Assembly (NCBI GenBank): GCA_020137815.1
Contig: CM035350.1
Location: 5,332,001 to 5,396,000 of the forward strand
Direction of reading: 5' to 3'
DNA from: Hormiphora californensis
Taxonomy: Eukaryota; Animalia; Ctenophora
DNA length: 64,000 nt
In this document: piece by piece, positions 12,858 to 24,014 of the stretch
Numbering within the stretch: the stretch's first letter is position 1
How the letters are laid out: each line of letters opens with the position of its first letter
Position numbers and translations under genes: made by a program
The notes under the pieces: model-generated
The model's input: the letters and a program-made list of their open reading frames with translations, nothing else
Databases searched by the model: none
Told to the model about the DNA's origin: nothing

Positions 12858-14998
12858 CACGGTCGCTTGTAGTGGGAAAACGGTAATGGAAAACGAAGAT
12901 ACAGTAAGAGACGCGCAACCGTGACCAATCAGGGCGCTAGTACGTGCTGACACATGAACTTTTTGCCGCGCGTTATGCACCGTGCGCGTCTCCTTACTGT
13001 ATTTTGCGTTACCGTATTTTGACTGGTGGGCGGACTCTAGTGCTAACGGACTCTTTATCTAAATTCAAGGCGGACTCTATATCTAAAAGCGGACTCTTTA
13101 TCTACAGTTAGACTTTGAAAAAATTTTAGATAAAGAGTCCGCCCAATGTAGACTTTTTAGACATAGAGTCCGCCCTGTGTAGACTTTTTAGACATAGAGT
13201 CCCCTGGTACATTTTGGCGCCAAATCCCCCAACCCGGACTCTATGTCTAAAATCCTAAACCAACCCAAAACCTAACCCTAACCATAAACAATCGAAATCC
13301 GTACGACATATTGGCAGGACATCCGACAAACTGTGCAGTGTCCGTCCGATCTTTCTGATGCATCCACTGAGTCTACTATCCGTACAGTTTGTCGGATGTC
13401 CGTCCAGTCTGTATGATGTCCGTCCACGGGCAAGGTTAGAAACTATCGAATTCCGTACAAGAGTACAGAGAGTGCTATTGTAAGTACCCTGCGTGTACGG
13501 AATTCGATATTTTCTAACCCTGGCCTCATAGAACGGAAATAGAACGGTTTGGACGGAATTCGATCGTTTCTAACCAACGGAGTATGAATGGTTAGGGTTC
13601 ATGTGTTGTACGGAATTCGATACTTTCTAACCGGTTAGGACCTGTACGGAATAGGAACGATTTGGACGGAATTCGATAGTTTCTAACCAATGGAGTATAT
13701 TTTGGTTAGAGTTCAAGTGTTGTACGGAATTCGATACTTTCTAACCAGGGTTTTGTTGTACGGAATATGAATGATTTGAACGGAATTCGATCATTTCTAA
13801 CCAATAAAGAATCATATTGTTAGTGCTCAGCTTAACACCAATGCTGATCTGCCAGCCAAATTTGGCCAAATCACCATTTATGCCAATCTAAGTGATTTTT
13901 GACCTGTTTGACTTCATTTAAAGAGCTGAAAGTTATCTTCAGATGCCAAGCACTGTCTGAGGTCATTTATGCATAAAAATTTTTGGGATTTTTTAGTCAT
14001 ATATGTCCAAAATTGACCAAAAAACGCTATATTGGCTCGATTTTGGCCAAAAAACTTAATAAAAGTAAGTAGTAATAAGCGGATAACTGTATCGACAACA
14101 TTAATGCAACAATTTATTCGATTAAAAACAGTTAAGATATGACTTTGTTACAAAATTGACTTTTTCGACCCGAAATTGCACTTCACTATGAAGACGGTAC
14201 AATAGGCTAGTACTAAACAGTTAAATGCAGTCTGAGTGATAATGTGTTTTACAAAATTCCAAAAAAATTACACCATCTGAAAGAGGACGTTGAGACGTGA
14301 AGGTTAGGCCAGCTTAACCTTAAAAAAAGTTAATTGATCAATTAGATAACTGATCAATTATGTCCAAAATTGACCAAAAATGACCTGGTGTTCTGGAAGG
14401 ATAGACTTATGTTATGATCTGAAAATTCAACTAAAAATTACATAGCTGGATAGATAATCCCTTCTGTTCCCTTTTTCCGTTCTTAAAACTTCAAAATATT
14501 CAACCACTAATTAGCAGTGATTAACTAAAGTAGCACTTAAAAATAAAATGTGTCGGATTTCCGTACACTGTGTTCCTAACCGTGGGCCTGGCAGGAAATC
14601 GATTGATCTTAACCGCGCCCTCGCTGGCAGGAATTCGATTGTTTATGGCCCTAACCATCACCCTAACCCTAACATCGAACCCAAATAATGGCCCTAACAC
14701 TTCCAAATTAGTATAGAGGTACAGCAAACTCTCGTTTCCGGCCTAACGGCCGAAATCTCGAGTTCGCTGAGTTGGCAGACTCTATGTCTAATTTAGATTT
14801 ATGTAGATATAGAGTCCGCCCTTTGTAGACTTTTTAGATAAAGAGTCCGCCCTGTGTAGACTTTTTAGACATAGAGTCCTCCTAGAGTTTAGACTTATTT
14901 GGACTCTTTATCTAAATCTAAATTTAGATATAGAGTCCGCTGTAGACTTAGAGTGTAGCACTAGAGTCCGCCTACCATTTTGACTGCAAGCAGCACTG
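12858..14998. mobile_element. ~180-bp TA-target MITE split by a 1.95-kb insertion
   Basis: 12858-13024 plus 14986-14998 match the reverse complement of the uninterrupted copy at 20561-20741. Confidence 0.8.
13025..14976. mobile_element. Non-autonomous DNA transposon with 9-bp TSD (Mutator/foldback-like; Merlin not excluded)
   Basis: TSD ATTTTGACT (13016-13024, 14977-14985); TIR GGT(G/A)GGCGGACTCTAGTGCTA; subterminal GCGGACTCT(T/A)TATCTA arrays, CCTAACCCTAAC motifs and internal ACGGAATTCGAT...TTCTAACC repeats; no ORF. Confidence 0.85.
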
Positions 14999-17900
14999 TT
15001 ACTCAACAAGCTTCGTTTGAGCTGCGCTTCACGCGGCTGTTAGTAGAGGGGTGACTGCGTCACCAAGTTCAGTTCACGACACATTAGATCCATTTGATTC
15101 TTTACCTATGACCCAAAGCAACTATTTTTATAGTCCCGCCGACATCAAACAAACTAAAAACGTGATTTAAAGGGGGCGCGGGACATATACTGTTTGTCTT
15201 GTAGCAACTACTACATGCATATAAACAGGGGGAGGACATAGTCATTCTATTTTCTTTTGAGTTTCATTTTCTTCAATTCCCTTTTGGTTTTCCTTCTTTC
15301 TAGTATACCATTCTCACTGCAGTATCTCTCTCTCTATCTCTATCTGGCCTAGGCAGCTTCCGAGGGTATAATGTCGTTACTGAACGGTTCTACTGAGAAG
15401 TACTTTGTTGCAGTATATAACAAGCTGCACCGGCCCCGATACTCGGTATGCAGCCATAACGAGATTACCCCCCCCAATAGCCTCCAGTTCGCCCCAGTTT
15501 TACATTTATCTGGCCTTTCTGTTAGTCTTAGTTTTACCTTGGAGTACTGCGTGCTCGTTATTATTTTCCGTGAGATATAGCTCCAAATCCTCTCTTCGCG
15601 TCAAAGAAACCCTTGCCGTTTTGCTGCGGTCGACAAAATAATCAGGCACACTGTATGCTTTTTAAATTATGGGATTATATATTATATGTACCAAGGTGGC
15701 AGATTCGCTAACAAATCCTGCCTTGAAACTAATGGCTTCGGAAGCACGGCTTCCCCCTCTAACCTAGGTCCTGGTCAGACTGACTCTGCGATACAGAGCT
15801 AGCTCTCCTTAGAACGTGTTTAAGGAAAAGACCCAGACCCATAAGGGTATGTTGTCGGTTAGCCTAATATATATGTCTAGTACGACAACTAGGTTGTAAC
15901 ACTGTGAGTAACAGCTAAGAATAGGGGATAGACGGGACCTCCCACATACACATATATGGGAAGGGAGGAAGGGAGAGGTAGGAATGGGTATGAACCTGCA
16001 CCAGGAAGAGAAAGAAAGTTGTAAAGCTGATCCTATATATTCTCCGTATAATAGTTGGGGTATGGCCCTCATCACGTGCAGTTCAGTAACTTAGGGCAAA
16101 CCTCCCAGTATTCTTTGGCACATGTGTATTGTGGCTTCTCTCACAAACACAGCACTCCGCGGCTCGGTCGAGCTGTTGGCAGAATCTCGGCTACCACTAA
16201 TGTTAGCTTAGCTAGCTTCAGCAGCCTACTGTTGCAAGTGTTATTGTTTTGTGCACAATATTGGCGTGAGGAGGAGCTTCTCACTAGTATACGTGTTGAT
16301 ATTGTTCGGCAAGTGTTCTGTGTTAAGACTGCTGACCTGTAGTCTGTGCAATGACTCACATGTTGTCTGAGTACTCATCAACACATGTGTGTTTGGTAGG
16401 ATTCAGGGCGTTCCTCTCTCGCATGGTTGAATCACCCTGCATCATCACCCTGCATGATTCATATGGTCAAGTGTCAAATTGTTTTCCCATTTGCGGATGA
16501 TCTGTTCTTGTTCGACCTCTATTGCACATATCAGAGAGCTGGGTCACTGAGCCTGCTGCTCTACTAACATCTCCTAGACAGCGGAAGTGCTTACAAGGGG
16601 TAGGGGAGTGAGAAAGAGAGTTAAAAGAACAAGGAGGAGCCCGTAGTTCATACCGAGGCGCACGTGGGAGAAGCGGTCCCTTTTTTGATCTGTGCGACAG
16701 CCTAGTCGACCCATGCGGGCCGGGCCCTTCTGTTATATAGGGCAACAAAGGATGAATAACGCGAGGAAGTATTCGGTCAACCAAGTATAGCCGTCACTTC
16801 CTCAGAATTAGCTATATATACAGCGAATATGTAGAATTAGACACGGAGAAAGAGCTTGCAATCAAAGTATTTGAATGAAGTCTAACAGTACTCTACACGT
16901 GACGCGACGTACTACGGTGTCGGTATAAAAGTGTTCCGACTTCATTTAGTTTTACCTTGTTGTTGTTGTTGTTGTTGTTGTTTTGAGGTTAAATAGGACC
17001 GAGCAGTGAGCACCTCTCTCTCGTAAGCCGCTGCGCCACGTCAAGGCTCCTCCTCATGCAAGCGGCCGGTTGTTGTCGTTGTTGTCGTTATATATTAGTC
17101 TTCTGCAGAACTCTCATCCTGGTCGACTCTGCAGTTCCTCGCGAATCTGCTCCTTGATCTGCTTGTATCGAGCCATAATCAAGACGTATAGCGTCATTTC
17201 TGCAGAAGAGTATTTTAATTGTCCTGAGTTCTAGCACCTGCTCGATATATTTTGTCTCTGTATCTGCATTTGATCCATGCAATCGCTGCAATTGATAAAA
17301 CGTGTAAAGTAGAGCTGCTATCGATCTGCGGGTCTTTGTTGTGGTCTGACGTGGAGTGGCAGTAAGAGAGAAAGAGGGAGAGAGAGGGACAGGAAGAGAG
17401 ACACACAGAGAGACACACACAGAGAGATATTAGAAGATAGAGACAGAGATAGGGGAGGGAGACTGAGAGAGAGAGAACTGAGGAATTTCTTTTTGCACGC
17501 TAAATCGACTTGACCATGTGCGCAGGGCAGAATAAAGTTAGGTCTTTACTTTTTAGCTTCACGTTTCTCATTAAAGAGTCTTTAATAAAGACGATGCTGA
17601 ATTAGGCAATTCTTAGAAAAAGATCCGGGGAGAAGAGTTTGTTAAAAACACCTCACATGGTTTCCTGCACGTGCAGCGGTACGTGGCGGTAAATCTCAAT
17701 CATGTGTCATGTGATTGTCCCACCCACAACTATTGCGTGCTTAGGAATCTTCTGCTTCTAGAATGGACTAGGTGCACACAATAGGCCTATAAGAGAGAGA
17801 GAGAGAGATACGAGCTGCAGCAGTCAGCATGCTGTAGCAGTTGTCCTCCTATTGTCTACCTATCGTCCTATCATTTCATCAAGGAGTTAACTCAGAGAGG

Positions 17901-19431
17901 GTCGAACTCGAGTTGCAAGCCTTGTTCAACCCTCTATTAGTCCCACTGCAACAATTGGAGTTGCAAGCCTTGTTCGACCCTCTCTCTCATGAGGCCCACC
18001 AGACATTACAGTCATGTCAAGGAGTTGCAAGCTTTCTGTCTAACCTCTGCATCACTAGTCTAGAAGTTGACCTGTCTACTGCTTGGACATGTCGCGCCCT
18101 TTTGCATTCGCGGCCAAGTCTACTGCCTTCGATGAGTCGACCAGATTCTTTAGAACATCCATCCAAGTTCACTCATTTCGGACGTGTTGGCAGCGGATTA
18201 CGGGGGACCGAAAAAATATTACTGCAAACATTACTGATTAATCAGTGAGTATTTCAAGAGGTAGACTATCCCATATTCACGTTTGGATCCATTGCAACCT
18301 ATTCTCGCTCCGCGATCTCAGTCGCGTGTGACGTCGATCTCACTCAGGTATTAATGTGACCAATATTCACATATGATATTGTTCTTCCATTCTATCGAAT
18401 ATCAATTGAAGTTTGAATAATATTTATTCGGATCACGCAATGGCCACCACGGCGTCGGCCGTCGACCTAAATATCGTAAAGATTCGATTATTAAAGGAAT
18501 CTTACCATGCACCAGAATGCCGCAGCTATTATAACTGCTCTTTTTCTAAATATCGAGATGCGTTTGGAGCTCCCATGGGAGTTTCAAGATCAGGTCACCC
18601 TGTATAATATTTCGTTTTCACCCATCCCCCTTGGGAGATCAAGGAGAGAAGCCATAGAGAAAGAGATAGAAAGATCACTGATCTGATCAGAGAAAAGGCC
18701 ACGATATTGTTCCCGTTTGACATTGTTAGCACTACATTTAACTTCCGCCAGCCCGCTGCATGTCTATCCATCATTTGTCGGGATGCGATGCATGGGGGAG
18801 ACTGGATCGAGATGATGATCGTATGGTCTGGGGGTATCACATTCCTAGAATCATCGCGGGTATCTTAGAGACTTGAGCTTACTGTCCGAGAATTGAACCA
18901 GTCCCCTATTATATACATATAATGATAATATGCCTTTTGGGTGTCAGAGGTTCCGTCATGACCGGGACTTCAATTTTAGTTTTGTCTAGCCTTGGATCAT
19001 GACCGTCGATGGAGTCCATCAATTCATCCCAGACCAAAATGGGTCGAAGCTGCCTGCATGACCGACGTTGCATTCCCTAGAGGTGGGCGGTTAATTTGGA
19101 TCGTTTCAAAAGAACAGGATGTTTGGGTATTTGAGGTAACTCCGCTATCTCTATTTCTTGTTAAATGCCTGAAACATGACCGGACGGTATTGCATTATAA
19201 TGCAAGGTCTTGTATTCTCAGCTGACTGCTTCTGCCCTATCTTTGCTATCAGTAGGTATATTTTTATCTTTTTACTGCTCGACTCCGGACGGGTATTTCT
19301 AGTACGGCACTCCCATCCCGGATGGGCCATCTGCGTGGTGCCGACATGTTGTTGTGTTTCTCGCCGGTTCTAGAGAGAGGTTCTACGTATCATGTTGCAG
19401 AGCACTGTATTCCAACTACTCCACTCTACTT

Positions 19432-19435
<4 letters not shown>

Positions 19436-19519
<84 letters not shown>
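19436..19519. repeat. (GA)n microsatellite (similar tracts near 20198-20300, 50243-50342, 63440-63690)
   Basis: Direct inspection. Confidence 0.97.
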
Positions 19520-19521
<2 letters not shown>

Positions 19522-20230
19522 ACGCTAAGAAGACAGTAGTGGTGCTGGCGGCGTCTGGACAAACGTCAAAGGGTTCTTTGCCGACTGAAAATCTAACGAA
19601 TAACCATATGCTCCGCGACTGCTCCAGTCAGACGTCCGATTAAATTAGGGATAATGCTATAGCGGATCGAAGCCATGGGGAGATAGCGGCGAGAGAGATA
19701 GTTTTCACCATTTGTGGTGAGGTCATGTGTTTTAGAGAGATATATTATAGGAGCTAGTTCCTCTCGATTATAGCAATCTTCGTCCGGGCAGGAATGCAGA
19801 GGGTCATGGGACCTATCTGGGCATTAGCCCTGACGGAAGGGTACCCCCTCATCCTGTGAGAGGAGCTTTGGGTTCATTAGGTTCCCCATTCGTCACTCTG
19901 CGTCACGTATATATAAACGAGCCGCTGCATAAGGAACTCATCACATTATGAGACTTGTTGTCCCCGACAATACCTGCTAGCAGATGATAATGGAGGCGGA
20001 TAAGAACGATGTTAGCTTGTGACTAGTTGATTGAGAATCATGCTAATGCCTCATCTGCATTGAACTTATTAGCCGGTGTCATAGCGTTTAAAAAAGGAAA
20101 GTATAAACTATAGTTTATGGTATTTGAGTTTGACTTGAAACTCCATTGAACCTTGCCTTGATGGCCTCGCTTGCGTAGTGTTACAAATTTGATAATGGGA
20201 GAGAAAGAGAGAGAGAGAGAGGGAGAGAGA

Positions 20231-20290
<60 letters not shown>

Positions 20291-20560
20291 AAGAGAGAGG
20301 AGACAAGAAATAATTATGCTCCTTGTTGTTCGCACGTCTTGTTCTGGCTGGCAAAATGCCACAAGACTTGGTTAAGAAGCTCCCTGAAACTGTTATACAT
20401 ATTTTATATAATCCCTATATGAGGGGTATTTAAAAGGTAATTTTACTGAATCCCCCACTCTTTCTCTCTCCCTCATGTTCTGTCTAAATTGCTTTTTGGC
20501 CAATCAAATTCAAGTGCTGCTTGTCAAAACTACTAGTCACACTACTATAGTCACACGTTA

Positions 20561-20741
20561 CAGTGCTGCTTGTAGTCAAATTACCGTAATGAAAATACAG
20601 TAAGGAGACGCGCACGGTGCATAACGCGCGGCAAAAAGTTCATGTGTCAGCACGTACTAGCGCCCTGATTGGTCACGGTTGCGCGTCGTCTTACTGTATC
20701 TTTCGTTTTCCATTACCGTTTTCCCACTACAAGCGACCGTG
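20561..20741. mobile_element. Tc1/mariner-type MITE, uninterrupted copy
   Basis: TA on both sides; imperfect TIRs CAGTGCTGCTTGTAGT...ACTACAAGCGACCGTG; second copy at 12858. Confidence 0.8.
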
Positions 20742-21077
20742 TAAGCCTGAACCCTTACAAAAAACTCCAATGACGAGCAATAGTTAGATCATATAGAGTT
20801 CCAGAGAGAGAGAGAGAGAGAAAGAGGGAGAGAGAGAGAAAGAGGGAGAGAGAGTGAGAGAGTTCTCCAAACTAAAACTCAATTAGTGGTGCTTTAGCCA
20901 TGAATTAGAGACGCGTTGAACTTAGAGTCGCGTGACTGTATAAATATAGGACTATATTTTGTGATTGACAGACTTCATTTTATTGTTCGCAGTATTATAT
21001 ATGGTACAGCTCCAAAAATAGTTTGATTGTCAACCTATCGAAGTTTTAGGCTGATATCTATTAATGTTTTTAGCATC

Positions 21078-22630
21078 ATGTCAGCATTCTTTCTGTTTTT
21101 AACTACAGCAGCCCTGGTGGTATCTATCACTGGATCGAGAAGAATCCAAGGAGGATACAGCTCCAGCTACGGATTATCCCGATCAAGTAGGACACAACAA
21201 TCTGAGATTAATTGTAGCATTGCAGTTTGGCAGCGGATTACGGCGGCCGAAAGGAAAGCCCGAATGAGAATCCCAATTTGGTTCGGGATTCTCATTCGGA
21301 CTTGCTCCGTAATCCCCCGCGTTACGAACTGCATAGCACGTCTAATCTATTTCTTTCTTGCAGTGACTGAGCGAGACTACAACGCCATCAAGTCCAAGTT
21401 AGAGATACTGGAGAACAAGATTGATGGAGTGAAGGCTGACTATGGCTACGGCAATGTGTTTGCCATGCATATCCAGTCACAGAGCAGTCCTCAATGTCCC
21501 ATTGGAACCTACGAACTATGGGACGGATATAGCCTCGTCAAAGCCTTTGTAAGACGTCTGACACACACTTTAGTGCAGTATTCCTTGTCCTGACACAGAT
21601 CACTAGACAAGTACTCCTTGTATTACTTTATTCTCTTTCTTTCTGCAGGATGGTTCGGGATACATTGACTTGTCAGATCCAGGCTCCTGCATGCAGCAGT
21701 TCGATCCCGTCCCAAATGTGCTCTGCAAGGGAAAGAAGTGCAAGCTTAACGGGAAAAACTGGAAATCCACATGGCTCTGGGACAGGTATATATAATGGCA
21801 GTTGTTGAACTTCCTGGTGGCAACTTGTTTCTTTCGAAACAGTTTTAAAGCTGTTCAATATTGCTCAATATATTTGTTCTTTACAATTGTTCGTGTTTTA
21901 GGCAAAACGAATCAGAGGTTATGGCCAGTAGATGTTGTGTATGCGAAAGCGCCAAGACTCTCCTGGTGGTGCACTCCCAAAACCAAACGGTGCCTTCCTG
22001 CCCGACCGGATATACCTCTGAGAACTTTTGGGCGGGATACAGCTTCATCTCGGTACGTTATACAGTGTTCTGCCATTCGCCGACTATAACGTTCCTTCGA
22101 GATCTACAGATGATCTAGTCGGCCTGATCTACTAAGCTGATCTAGTCGACCTGATCTCGCAGAACTCTCAAATAATGCTCTTTGTTTGGAACTCGATAAT
22201 CCCATCTAATGTCTTAACCCCCTATTTCTTTTCAGACAGGACAATCTGGAAGAGTAAGCCTCTCATCCGTTGGAAGCTGCTTGCCCTACTTCGATTCGTC
22301 GCCCTTCATTGAATGTAACAAACGATCGTGCAAGGTATGTAAAGAGTTTTCTTGAATATTTCCAGACAGGGCCGGGGATTTTATGAAATTGAATAGAATA
22401 TTCTTCCCATGACAAATTATTCGCACTGGATGTTTTCTCAGAAAATCAAGCTGAACAACGTGTGGTTGAGCGTTGCAGGGATCACGGATGCGGAAAAAGA
22501 GACAGTTGACAGCACGAATGCTTCTCAAATGATCAGCCGGTGCCGGGTTTGTGCACTTTACACACCGAGCTTGTGGCCGAGGAAGCGAAATGTTAGGAAC
22601 CATGATTCTCATCATTATCTATTCAACTAG
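21078..22630 (+). CDS. Secreted stand-alone collagen IV NC1 (C4) domain protein, ~289 aa, no collagenous region
   Basis: Six exons 21078-21186, 21364-21548, 21649-21785, 21902-22052, 22236-22334, 22442-22630 (870 nt, all GT-AG, frame-consistent). Signal peptide MSAFFLFLTTAALVVSITG. Both NC1 halves present: HIQS..PQCP..LWDGYS, DLSDPGSCM, SRCCVCE, VHSQ..PSCP..WAGYSF, GSCL..FDSSPFIEC, ISRCRVC. Confidence 0.92.
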
Positions 22631-23153
22631 CGGATCAAGCAGTGTTATATGTTGTGTTCGTGTTTAGCTGCGTGCCACGTCTCTTCTAGCGCCATGCTAC
22701 TAATAACATTGTTAGTTCCTTTTTTAGCTATCTGAGCTCAATTGCAATATATATCCGCTGATTATATATGCTGTATGATATATGATTATATAAATAGATA
22801 TCCCCCGGCATTTATATATAGCATATCTCAATATGCCTGCCATATCTAGAGATGTAACATAGAGAATTCTACAGAAATTCTTGAAGTAAAAGCTAGAACT
22901 TTAGATCGAATTATAAAAAGAGAAAGAGTAGAATAGTGGATTATCCCCCATGACGAAAGACCGGTGAACTCTGCAGAATCTCACCACGGCAGATTATATC
23001 ACTCTTCTGCATTTGAAAATTGAGTTCAGTCACAGATCAAATTAGTTATTATACCGGTCCTGAAAGTAGCGACAAGAGGGCTGTATATTGTATGTGTGTA
23101 GGAAGTGTGTCAGAGTGAAATTGATAGGACTCAGCCTGTGTTTGTGTGAATTG

Positions 23154-23225
23154 AACTTTGAAACTCGTGCACGTGCAAAAGGGGTACACGTGTACCCCTC
23201 TTGCACGTGCACGAGTTTCAAAGTT
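23154..23225. repeat. 72-bp near-perfect palindrome
   Basis: AACTTTGAAACTCGTGCACGTGCAA..GGGGTACACGTGTACCCC..TTGCACGTGCACGAGTTTCAAAGTT. Confidence 0.9.
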
Positions 23226-23453
23226 TACTGGAAAGCGCGGTCGAGAAAACAGATAATATTAAGAGAGGGACACTGTACCCACGTGTCAAGTGTGTGAGTT
23301 TTTCGCTGAGCGATCTATTATTACTATCCAAGCGATAGAGTTTGTTATTTATAAATCATGTATTTACTCTACATGATTTGCCCTGTGGGTGAAGGATCTT
23401 TAATACTTTAATAGCTGATCTGTATTCTCAATGAGGAGCTGCTTTATGTTATA

Positions 23454-23552
23454 CAGTCGGACCCCGATTTAACGGCACCCTCGGGGGAAAGGATTTTGTC
23501 CGTTAAATCGGGGTGCCGCTAAATCGGGGGCCGTTAAATCGGGGTCCGACTG
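23454..23552. mobile_element. pogo/Tigger-like MITE (~100 bp)
   Basis: TA-CAGTCGGACCCCGATTTAAC...GTTAAATCGGGGTCCGACTG-TA; related copy at 44228-44308. Confidence 0.85.
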
Positions 23553-24014
23553 TACTTGCTGCCTCGAATAGTTAGCTGTTAGTGGATGTAGTGCCCTGTA
23601 ATAGTAAGGCGTCTACTGTCTAGGTTGTAGATAGAGTTGCTTACAAGAATGCGGCTTGATTTCAGATAAAATTCGATTTGCAACTGTAAACTGTATATTC
23701 AAAAGTGTCGGTTTATCTCTTGCGAGTATAGTGTAACAACAAACGGGATCAAATTAAAACGCGTTAATGTCAGCTTTATTGTTTAGAAACCCTTGCAGTT
23801 TTGAACTGAATCAATCAAAGAACCAATCATTACCAAATTGTCTCATATAAGACCGTCCTCTTCGCACGACGAAGGCCCGGTGCGGCTACGTGAGGCCGCG
23901 TAGCGATGTACAGTCAGTGTCTGACAATTACCAAACCAGTCATTCAAAACATCACGACTAGGACACCAACAAGTCCTATACAGTAGAAACTACACGCTAT
24001 CAAAGAAAAGTCTC

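Noticed and set aside
13430-13810. Regularly spaced ACGGAATTCGAT..TTCTAACC motifs resembling a CRISPR array
   Set aside because: The spacers are themselves related, the array lies inside a TIR element in an intron-containing genome, and no cas genes are present.
15370-19370. Scattered ORF-like patches (e.g. KHPVLL on the minus strand near 19120; solo CACCCTG-TA end at ~18602)
   Set aside because: Probably decayed TE remnants, but no motif set is strong enough to classify them.
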